From Patescibacteria group bacterium (GTDB lineage Bacteria > Patescibacteriota > UBA1384 > UBA12157 > JAENIV01): DNA of 64,000 bases. A model generated the notes under the pieces. It made no database searches. It saw only the letters and a list, made by a program, of their open reading frames with translations, and was not told the DNA's origin. The position numbers and the translations under genes were made by a program. This document shows positions 52,247 through 59,749 of this stretch, piece after piece. The stretch spans positions 15,307 to 79,306 of the forward strand of contig JBEKTP010000005.1 in NCBI GenBank assembly GCA_049515915.1. Direction: 5' to 3'. Every line of letters begins with the position of its first letter. The first letter of the stretch is position 1.

Positions 52247-53629
52247 TTATCTAATAATTAAATCGTTTTTGACTTCGCCATTAAACAAAACTTTGCCGGA
52301 ATGAATTACGTTTAAGGAATTTTCGGTCGCCCCGGATTGTTTTTGAAAAACTAAATTATAATTTTGAAAATTCTCTGGCAGTTCATATTGCAATTTTAAA
52401 ACCGCCGCTTGGCCCGGGCCGACATCTACCGTCGTCCCAAAAGTCGTTTTACCCGATTCTACATCGACATCAACCGATGTTAAAATATCACGGCCATTTA
52501 AAGTCGCTTCTTTGAGTATTGAATTCTGAGGCACTAACACGCGAATGTACGATGCGTTCACGCCGTCGGGCCAAACATCACTGCCATGATGAATCCGGGT
52601 AATAGAAAGATCAGCCTCTTTGCCTGCCGTCGAATATTCTATTTGTTGGCTGACCGAAAAAGAGCTTTTATTGCCGCCGAAATTGGCAACATTAATGTTT
52701 AAATAATCAGGGATGAGACCACCGGTGATGCTTTGGAGTTCGGCCAAGTCATCCACTTGTCCGCCCCAACCCGCCGCCAAGATTTTTTGTTCGGCCTGGG
52801 CATCTTTAAAATAAAACTGAACTTCTTTATTTTTAAGATCGCTCTTAGCAAGCTGTAAAAGACTCATTTTATTTTGGGCTAACGCTTTCGAGATAATTTT
52901 TGGATAGAGATCTTTGATAATGGTTTTGGGTTCATTTTGGACCCAATTTTGAGGATCATTAAAATAACCTTGCTCGACTTGATATTGCGTTTCACTGAAA
53001 AAATTCGCGGCGGTGATTGTCGTCTGATATTGGGGCATATCAATCGGACCGGTTAATTTGAGCAAATCAACTAATGTGGAGGCATCAATGGCTACCACCC
53101 CATCGACATGATCACCTGACTCAGCTTCGTAAAAACGGTCGATGTCGGCCGCCGCCTCCGGGAAAGACACCGCATAATTAGAATCACGGAGAGTCCACGA
53201 TTTTCCTTCAATAAATTTAGCCAATGGCGCGGGCGCTTTAATATAGTGCGTCGCCGTATAAGCAGAATCGAGTTTATAAATATTGGTATCAAAAGTGATA
53301 TTTTTAACCTCAAAATCTTGGGTTTGTAAAACGGCGAATGAACCAATAAAACCGCCTGATGGTCGCTGCTCGCTATCATTTTGAAAAACCAAAAGAAATT
53401 TTCCATTGCGGAAAAATGAAACTGGATCCAGGCGATTGATTAAAAATGATGCCGTGGCTTGGCCAGCAAAATTAAAATTCAAGACTAAAATAAAGAGGAC
53501 TAAAAAAACGATTAAAACCTTAAAAAGCCTCGTCGTCTTTTTTACTCCCGGCGTTAATCTAGAAGATTTAAAAGCTGATTTCTTAGAAGAGCTTTTGCCA
53601 CTTAAATACAGATCGCGGAGCTTCCGCAA
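52247..53629 (-). CDS. DUF4012-domain membrane-anchored protein
   Basis: L..FQN..E.RP.GGF.GS, RD.N...SFP, DGV.A.D, N.GGNK motifs. Confidence 0.8.
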   Translation of the reverse strand: MRKLRDLYLSGKSSSKKSAFKSSRLTPGVKKTTRLFKVLIVFLVLFILVLNFNFAGQATASFLINRLDPVSFFRNGKFLLVFQNDSEQRPSGGFIGSFAVLQTQDFEVKNITFDTNIYKLDSAYTATHYIKAPAPLAKFIEGKSWTLRDSNYAVSFPEAAADIDRFYEAESGDHVDGVVAIDASTLVDLLKLTGPIDMPQYQTTITAANFFSETQYQVEQGYFNDPQNWVQNEPKTIIKDLYPKIISKALAQNKMSLLQLAKSDLKNKEVQFYFKDAQAEQKILAAGWGGQVDDLAELQSITGGLIPDYLNINVANFGGNKSSFSVSQQIEYSTAGKEADLSITRIHHGSDVWPDGVNASYIRVLVPQNSILKEATLNGRDILTSVDVDVESGKTTFGTTVDVGPGQAAVLKLQYELPENFQNYNLVFQKQSGATENSLNVIHSGKVLFNGEVKNDLIIR

Positions 53630-53659
53630 ATGCCCTCCTTTGGCTGAGAATTTTTAAAA

Positions 53660-54277
53660 TTATCTCTGGCGAAAATATTCAACCGACAAAGCCAAAACCG
53701 CGCCGAGCAGGATACTGACAATCAAAGCAATGGCCGTATCAAGAGTGGTATTGGCCGGATTATCGGTAACAATGGAGTTAAATTTAACAAGTTGATAAAG
53801 ACTATCCTGATCAGTACTGGCCATATCATTAGTCTTTTCTTGCATCACAGCCGCGGCAGCATCGATTAACTTAGCAGCATCATCTCGATTAGCACTGACC
53901 AACGAAACATTAATCGTGGCAGGCTGTTGAAGTAATGCTTTGATCAACTTTGGCAACTTTCCTTGCGCAATATTCGGAATTGGAACCCCAGCTTTGTTAT
54001 AGATATCGTTAATGACCGAGGGCGAATTAAACCAAGAGTCTACAATTTGCGAAAAAAGCTGAGCCGATTGAACGTTATAATAGTTATCATACAAATAAAA
54101 ATCAACTTGAGACTGCTTAATCGTTGATTCTTTATCAACCGTTAAGGTCGTCGAAGCTAAATAGGTTTTGGGTTGATACTTAGCGTAGAAAAATGTCCCC
54201 AAGGTCAATATGATCACCGTTAATGCAAAGATAACCCAATGTTTACCAATGATTCGAATGTATTGTCTAAGCTCCAT
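53660..54277 (-). CDS. Wzz/CapA-like polysaccharide chain-length protein
   Basis: MELRQY..II.K.W, two terminal TMs, Y.A...L. Confidence 0.7.
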   Translation of the reverse strand: MELRQYIRIIGKHWVIFALTVIILTLGTFFYAKYQPKTYLASTTLTVDKESTIKQSQVDFYLYDNYYNVQSAQLFSQIVDSWFNSPSVINDIYNKAGVPIPNIAQGKLPKLIKALLQQPATINVSLVSANRDDAAKLIDAAAAVMQEKTNDMASTDQDSLYQLVKFNSIVTDNPANTTLDTAIALIVSILLGAVLALSVEYFRQR

Positions 54278-54295
54278 GCTTGTCCTTTCTTCCCT

Positions 54296-54330
54296 AATTT
54301 TAAGATTTAAGATTTGAATTTTGAACTTTA
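54296..54330. repeat. 5x heptamer micro-array overlapping the glycosyltransferase 3' end
   Basis: aatttta agattta agatttg aattttg aacttta; encodes KVQNSNLKS*. Confidence 0.65.
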
Positions 54331-55421
54331 GCTATAATATACTCCAAAATTTTCTTTTTGAAAACCCCCTTATCAAATTTTTCAGCCTGTCGTCGAATGA
54401 CAGCGCGGTCAAACTTCATTTTTTGAAAACGCCGAACGGCTTTGATTAGACCTTCAACGCTTTGCTCATAAAAAAACAATCCGGTTTGGCCATCAATCAC
54501 CGACTCCAGCGCCCCACCTTGACCATAAGCAATCACCGGCCGGCCACAGGCCATTGCCTCAAGCGGGGTAATGCCGGCATCTTCTTCTTGGGGAAAAATA
54601 AAAGCCTGACAATCCTGGTAATATTTGACTAATTCGTTATCGGTCACCCACCCGATCAGTTTGATATTTTGAGTGATCACGCGGTGGTACTCAGAAAGAC
54701 GCGTCCCCCCACCCACAATTTTGAGTGGCAGTTTAAGTTTTTTAAATGCCTCGATGGCCATATCTACCTTTTTATACGGTTCAATTCGAGAAACAAGAAG
54801 ATAATATTCGCCTTTTTTATCAGACAATTGAAAATTTTTCGCGTCGACCGGTGGAAAAATCGGATCAGACTGACGATGATAATATTGCTTGATTCTAAAT
54901 TGTCCATTCTTGGAATTAGCAATATAAAAATCGGGGCGTTTTGAGGCTTTAAGATCCCAACTTTTAAGATATTTTAAGATTAAAGGCATCAGCGGTCGAA
55001 TGAAAAACGGGATGGGCGCACTTTTAATGTAGCTAGCCGAGTCAATCCAAAGATATCGAGTCGGAGTGTTGCAATAGCAAATATGCAATGTTCCCGGTTT
55101 GGTTTTAACACCTTTGGTTAAAGCCGAAGTGATAGACAGTACCACATCGAAATCATCCAGTTTAAAAGACTCGACTGCTTTAGGCATCAGCGGCAAGTAC
55201 CATTTATATTTTTTTGAAGCAAAGGGCAATTTTTGAATAAACGATGGCCGAATATCAAACTGATCATATTTATGCAATGTCTTCTTTTTGTTCCAAACCA
55301 AAGTAAAAACCGGCGCTTTCGGGAAAAGTTCCAAATAAGCATCAAGTAATCGTTCGGCCCCGCCAAGTTGAGTTAATTCCTCAACGACAATGGCAATTTT
55401 GAGATTTTGTAACTTATTCAT
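54300..55421 (-). CDS. Glycosyltransferase family 4
   Basis: GGAER, YC.TP.RY.W, R..PYK, EDAGITPLEAMACGRPVIA. Confidence 0.92.
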   Translation of the reverse strand: MNKLQNLKIAIVVEELTQLGGAERLLDAYLELFPKAPVFTLVWNKKKTLHKYDQFDIRPSFIQKLPFASKKYKWYLPLMPKAVESFKLDDFDVVLSITSALTKGVKTKPGTLHICYCNTPTRYLWIDSASYIKSAPIPFFIRPLMPLILKYLKSWDLKASKRPDFYIANSKNGQFRIKQYYHRQSDPIFPPVDAKNFQLSDKKGEYYLLVSRIEPYKKVDMAIEAFKKLKLPLKIVGGGTRLSEYHRVITQNIKLIGWVTDNELVKYYQDCQAFIFPQEEDAGITPLEAMACGRPVIAYGQGGALESVIDGQTGLFFYEQSVEGLIKAVRRFQKMKFDRAVIRRQAEKFDKGVFKKKILEYIIAKVQNSNLKS

Positions 55422-55423
55422 TT

Positions 55424-56782
55424 CTAGTATGCGCCCCGGCCGCGGATAATTACCCATAAAGTTCTTAAAAATATCTGTAAATCGAGCCACAAAGACCAGT
55501 TTTCAATATAGTAGGCGTCGAGTCGCACCCATTCGTCAAACGATAATTCCGATCGTCCCGAAACCTGCCAAAGACCGGTAATGCCCGGCTTAACCCCTAA
55601 GCGTTTTCTTTGCCAGGTAGTGTAACGTTCAACTTCTGAAGGCAGGGGTGGTCGCGGGCCGATTAAACTCATATCGCCTTTTAAAACATTGAAAAACTGC
55701 GGTAGTTCATCTAAACTCGTTTTTCTTAAAATTCGCCCCAGCGGCGTCGCGCGCGGATCGTGCGAAAGTTTAAACATATTACCGTATTTTTGAATATATT
55801 TTTCATGTTCTTTCTCGGCCATGTTTTTCATACTACGAAACTTATAAAAAATAAATTTTTTCTCCAGGCCGACCCGTTCCTGCCGAAAAAGAATCGGTCC
55901 TCTGGAGGTGAGTTTGATTAGACCGGCGATAATCAGCATCAAGGGCGAAAAAATGATGATTAAAATTAATGAGCCGACTAAATCAACAATTCTTTTAATA
56001 ATTCTCCCCCAACCATCAAGCGATGTCCGTTTAAACTCCATAATCGGTACGCCGGCTAAAGTTTGAACATCAATATGGGAAGAGCGGACTAAAAATAAAT
56101 CCGGTGTGGTCTTAAGGCTAATTTGATGAAAGCGACAAAATTCCAAAATCTCTGAAATTTTCGATTGATTAAGATGAGTATTGGTAACAATAATTTCATC
56201 GGCCGGATTACGCTCAAGAATGGCCTCTAATTTTTCAACACCAGCCTCGTCAATGACTTTAACCAGTTTATATCCCAAGCCGCGGTTTCTTTTAATTTCA
56301 TCCACAATAAAACGTGTTGAGGAGTTGCCGCCAACCACAATGACTCGGTGGACACCAATATCATAGCGGTAGAGAAAACGTTCGATGAAATTAATTAAAA
56401 ATCGCCCGAGAGTAACTAAAATAATCGCCACCAGCCAAACATAGATAATAATCAATCGAGAAAAGAAAAATGTCCGGCTCAAGAAAATCCAAGCCAGGAC
56501 TATGCCGACCGCCGAGGAAACTGCCACGATTATTTTGCCAAGTTCTTCAAGTCGTCGATCTTTTTCACGCACTGAATAAAGTCCGGCCACAATAAAAGTC
56601 ACCAGCCAAATCGGAATAGTAGTCAATATGAAATGAAGATAACCTTGCAGCGGCTCAATATAAATAGTCGGTACAAATGTTAGAAAAGTTCGTAGCCAGT
56701 AGGCAATAACAAATGAAAAAACGACCATCAATAGGTCAACCGGAATTTTTAAGAAAGTAAATATTAGCTCGGAACGCTTCAA
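55424..56782 (-). CDS. Undecaprenyl-phosphate sugar phosphotransferase (WcaJ/CpsE family)
   Basis: N-terminal TMs, KR..D, YKFRSM, LRKTSLDELPQ..NV..GDMS.IGPRP, PGITGLWQV, D..YI.NWS. Confidence 0.94.
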   Translation of the reverse strand: MKRSELIFTFLKIPVDLLMVVFSFVIAYWLRTFLTFVPTIYIEPLQGYLHFILTTIPIWLVTFIVAGLYSVREKDRRLEELGKIIVAVSSAVGIVLAWIFLSRTFFFSRLIIIYVWLVAIILVTLGRFLINFIERFLYRYDIGVHRVIVVGGNSSTRFIVDEIKRNRGLGYKLVKVIDEAGVEKLEAILERNPADEIIVTNTHLNQSKISEILEFCRFHQISLKTTPDLFLVRSSHIDVQTLAGVPIMEFKRTSLDGWGRIIKRIVDLVGSLILIIIFSPLMLIIAGLIKLTSRGPILFRQERVGLEKKFIFYKFRSMKNMAEKEHEKYIQKYGNMFKLSHDPRATPLGRILRKTSLDELPQFFNVLKGDMSLIGPRPPLPSEVERYTTWQRKRLGVKPGITGLWQVSGRSELSFDEWVRLDAYYIENWSLWLDLQIFLRTLWVIIRGRGAY

Positions 56783-56912
56783 ATGTTCTCCTCGATTTCT
56801 ATACTATAAACTATAATATCCTATAAATAACTCGGTAGCAACCGATTAAGGTTTTACAATAAAGTCTAACAGAAAAGCAATTAAAAATCAATCTCTTATA
56901 TCAGCCGCTTAC

Positions 56913-56965
56913 ACAAGAAAACTCGCTATTCGTCATATAAACGAAACGAGTTTTCTTGTTTTTTA
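56913..56965. terminator. Long hairpin terminator downstream of the small protein gene
   Basis: ACAAGAAAACTCG...CGAGTTTTCTTGT inverted repeat. Confidence 0.6.
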
Positions 56966-56985
56966 TTTGTGCTTTTAATCCCTTG

Positions 56986-57189
56986 TTATTTAGCTTTCCT
57001 TAACATTGGAAGCCCAGTTCGTGAGTTTTCCATCACCTCATAACCAGCTGGTAAATCATCCAAAGCACCTTCTTTTTCGGTTCGAGCAAAGAAATAAATC
57101 GTTTGCTGTCGGCCGCCGCGCAAAGTTACATCTTTCGAGTGGAGAAAATAGGTTTCTCCAGTTTTCTTGGATTGAACTGAATATGCCAC
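56986..57189 (-). CDS. Small basic conserved hypothetical protein (67 aa)
   Basis: Perfect AAGGAGGTGA SD before GTG; YFLH..V.LRGG..Q.IYFF...P.GY...EN.RTGLP.L.K pattern recalled from other uncultured lineages. Confidence 0.8.
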   Translation of the reverse strand: MAYSVQSKKTGETYFLHSKDVTLRGGRQQTIYFFARTEKEGALDDLPAGYEVMENSRTGLPMLRKAK

Positions 57190-57356
57190 TTAAATCACCT
57201 CCTTTTCAAACCGTAGTTGTTGGGTGATAGATTTTATCCCGATGTCGCCATCTGGACAATCTCTATTTTCCAAAAACATTCTGGTTATTTTTACCTGACT
57301 TTCAGGTACATACCTACTAATTCTCGTGATTACGCTTGACTAATAGGTATACACCT

Positions 57357-57385
57357 ATTATCAGAGGGGGGTATTTTTTTGTCAA
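57357..57385 (-). promoter_or_regulatory. Promoter of the small protein gene with an overlapping palindrome
   Basis: TTGACA-N17-GATAAT; palindrome TAATAGGT-ATAC-ACCTATTA at 57341-57360. Confidence 0.6.
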
Positions 57386-57481
57386 GAGGAGAGCAAATTT
57401 ACAGGTTTAAATTTGCATTTTATCCTTAAAATTCAATTTCAACCTGATATTATAATGCCAAGATATCCACAGGGGAAAGAC

Positions 57482-57516
57482 AGTAAAAAGTAAGAAGTTA
57501 TTAGTTATTGGTTATT
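57482..57516. repeat. 5x heptamer micro-array at the AT-rich/GC-rich boundary
   Basis: agtaaaa agtaaga agttatt agttatt ggttatt. Confidence 0.55.
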
Positions 57517-57549
57517 AAGTATAGATACCAAACTAGAGCTTATTTCCAG

Positions 57550-57578
57550 TTGACAAACAGGTTCTCCTGTGATAAGAT
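57550..57578 (+). promoter_or_regulatory. Promoter of the tautomerase-like gene
   Basis: TTGACA-N17-TAAGAT. Confidence 0.7.
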
Positions 57579-57610
57579 ACAATATTCGCCGTAATGAAAG
57601 GAGAACGGTC

Positions 57611-58027
57611 GTGCCGATTATCACAGGGAAAGGTGTCCCGGCGGGTCTCGAAAAAGGAAAGAAGGTATACGACCAGCTCAAGCATGACATCGCGGTGGCG
57701 GCCGCAACAACACGAGGCCTCGAAGATATCGGATTCGACGAGGTGGAAGTCTTCCTGATATCTGACCTCGGCACCGTCGGCAATGCTCTTGTCTTCGAGG
57801 TTACCGGGATCTTCGAGCGCCCCGACCGGACGCCAGAGGTCTACCGCCGACTCGAGGAGAACATCTGCAGGGTCCTCCGCTCCTTCGCGAGCAAGTGGAT
57901 CCCGGCGTGCACTACCGTCGAAGCGGAGGTGATCCACAAGATGAAGCCGAAAGACTTGACGCTCTACGTACGACCAGACATCCTGGGCCTGCGCATACGG
58001 AGATTCAAGAGAATCCGATTCAAGTGA
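57611..58027 (+). CDS. Tautomerase/MIF-superfamily-like protein (N-terminal Pro), GC-rich
   Basis: AAGGAGA SD then GTG gives M-P-I-I-T; beta-alpha-beta duplication with FEVTGIFERPDRTPEV. Confidence 0.55.
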   Translation: MPIITGKGVPAGLEKGKKVYDQLKHDIAVAAATTRGLEDIGFDEVEVFLISDLGTVGNALVFEVTGIFERPDRTPEVYRRLEENICRVLRSFASKWIPACTTVEAEVIHKMKPKDLTLYVRPDILGLRIRRFKRIRFK

Positions 58028-58059
58028 TGCGCATTGCGCGCATCACAAGCAGTACAAAG

Positions 58060-58085
58060 GCGGCGCCTGGGACACCAGGCGCCGC
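58060..58085 (+). terminator. GC hairpin after the tautomerase-like gene
   Basis: GCGGCGCCTGG-GACA-CCAGGCGCCGC followed by TTCTT. Confidence 0.6.
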
Positions 58086-58099
58086 TTCTTCATATCAAT

Positions 58100-58164
58100 A
58101 CCAAAAAGAGCTTTCGTTCTCAAAAAACAGGAAGGGCGGAGCGGACACCAGTCCGCCCCGCCCG
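58100..58164 (-). repeat. ~65 bp double-hairpin repeat, copy 1 (3' of purB)
   Basis: accaaaaagagctttcgttctcaaaaaacaggaagggcggagcggacaccagtccgccccgcccg. Confidence 0.9.
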
Positions 58165-58169
58165 CTCAC

Positions 58170-59588
58170 TTAGGCCACCAGTTGTCTCCTGGCGAGCCTG
58201 GCCACCTGCTGGGCCTTCTCGAAGGCCAAGCCAGTGTATTCTTCAGGTCGGTGAAGCAGCTCCATGATTGAGGGCGGAATGCGGCCAATCGCATCCAGGA
58301 GCGCTTCGTTTGGCATGTCCTCAAGGATGTCGATGAGGAGTCGCCCCGTCCTCTTGGACTCCGGCACAGCCTGCTCGGCCACAATCTTGTAGCCGTCGCC
58401 TTCGAAGCCGGCGATCTGCAGAGCCAGTTGCGTCGGCTCGGCCAGAAGGAAGGGGGCAACCAAGCGGAAGTTCCGTTCACAAGCATCGGCATTGACGACC
58501 ACGCGCGCCAGGAAGGGCACCCCGTCATCGTTGCGTCGCCTAAGCGTGTTAAGTTGCTGCATAACGTTGACGACGATGACCGGGAAGAAGCGCGCGACGG
58601 GACTGCCGACCAGGTCACGCTGGAGATCGCTGATGAGAGTATCCATGACGTTCCCGAACATATTCTTGGTCAGGATCCATATTCCTACCATGTTCTCGAA
58701 GTTGATCGGGTTGGTCTTCTGTCCCAACGTCGAGGAGCCAACCTCTCCGAGACCTTTGACCTCCGCGAACTCGGCGATTTCCGTGCGCATCAGGTTGCGC
58801 GCGTCCTGCCCAAGCTGCGCCATCGAGGCAGAGAAAAGACAATTCACAAAGAGGTGCAACGCCAGAGGTTCGGGCGGCAGGATCTGGGTGCTAATGCGGG
58901 CAGGCTGAAGGCCAAGTTTGGCAAGAACCCGATATTCGAACGAACACCCACCACACTTGGCAAGGATGCCCAAACCCTTCTGGGCATTGAAGGCGCCAAC
59001 CGCACCGGAGATCTTGCCGACAATCTGCCCGCAGGCCCGATCCATCTCCTCGAGCGTATACAGATAACGGGAAAGGATGGTTGCGAGCCAGAAGCCGACG
59101 GTGATCGGCAAGGCGGCTTGGAGATGTGTCCGTCCAAGCTGGAGCTGGTCAGCAAACCGTTCCACTAAGTCAGATAGCAACAGCCCGACCTCGCTGGCGG
59201 CTGGGCGGACCGCTTCTCGGTGAGCCCGAACAAAGGACATCGCCCGAGCCGTGTCGAGAGGGTCGTAGCTCGTCAAGCCGGTGTGGATCCACCGGCCGAG
59301 ACGGCGATCGACCCGTTCCATTGCCAGTTGGACCCAGGCGCGAATATCGTGCTTGGTCACCTTCCGTTCGCGCTGATCTACCTCGGTCGTGGTTATCCCG
59401 AGAAGCTGTTCACGAACATCAGGCGTCAAGAGCGCGATATCATCAGCAGGAATGAAGCCGATCTCGCCAAGCACTTCCAGATTGGCGATCTCGACTCGGG
59501 CTACGCCCTCGTACGAATGGTCGTAGCCGAAGATAGGCACAAGTTCTTTTGGCTGATACCGAGAATGCCCCGGCAGCGTCTCGTTCAT
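58170..59588 (-). CDS. purB: Adenylosuccinate lyase, divergent, GC-rich
   Basis: TKHD, IH.GLTS.D..D, GRTH.Q.A.P.T.G, GKISGAVG, STQI, GSST.GQK.NP..FEN, QRDL. Confidence 0.85.
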   Translation of the reverse strand: MNETLPGHSRYQPKELVPIFGYDHSYEGVARVEIANLEVLGEIGFIPADDIALLTPDVREQLLGITTTEVDQRERKVTKHDIRAWVQLAMERVDRRLGRWIHTGLTSYDPLDTARAMSFVRAHREAVRPAASEVGLLLSDLVERFADQLQLGRTHLQAALPITVGFWLATILSRYLYTLEEMDRACGQIVGKISGAVGAFNAQKGLGILAKCGGCSFEYRVLAKLGLQPARISTQILPPEPLALHLFVNCLFSASMAQLGQDARNLMRTEIAEFAEVKGLGEVGSSTLGQKTNPINFENMVGIWILTKNMFGNVMDTLISDLQRDLVGSPVARFFPVIVVNVMQQLNTLRRRNDDGVPFLARVVVNADACERNFRLVAPFLLAEPTQLALQIAGFEGDGYKIVAEQAVPESKRTGRLLIDILEDMPNEALLDAIGRIPPSIMELLHRPEEYTGLAFEKAQQVARLARRQLVA

Positions 59589-59634
59589 GTCGCGCTATGT
59601 TCTCCTTCCGCAAGTGAGTTGCTGCTCTGATTTA

Positions 59635-59662
59635 TTTATAACAAATATTTGCTTTTTGGCAA
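59635..59662 (-). promoter_or_regulatory. Probable purB promoter abutting repeat copy 2
   Basis: TTGCCA-N16-TATAAA (extended TG) followed by an AAGGAGA SD. Confidence 0.5.
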
Positions 59663-59728
59663 ACCAAAAAAGAGCTTTCGCTCTCAAAAAATGGGAAGGG
59701 CGGAGCGGACACCAGTCCGCCCCGCCCG
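59663..59728 (-). repeat. ~65 bp double-hairpin repeat, copy 2 (3' of purL)
   Basis: accaaaaaagagctttcgctctcaaaaaatgggaagggcggagcggacaccagtccgccccgcccg; the last 35 bp are identical to copy 1. Confidence 0.9.
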
Positions 59729-59749
59729 GGATAGTCGGATAAGACCGCG

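Noticed and set aside
58100-59728. 65-bp repeats as CRISPR repeats or IS ends
   Set aside because: Spacing is a whole gene (1.5 kb), orientation is direct, and no transposase or target duplication is present.
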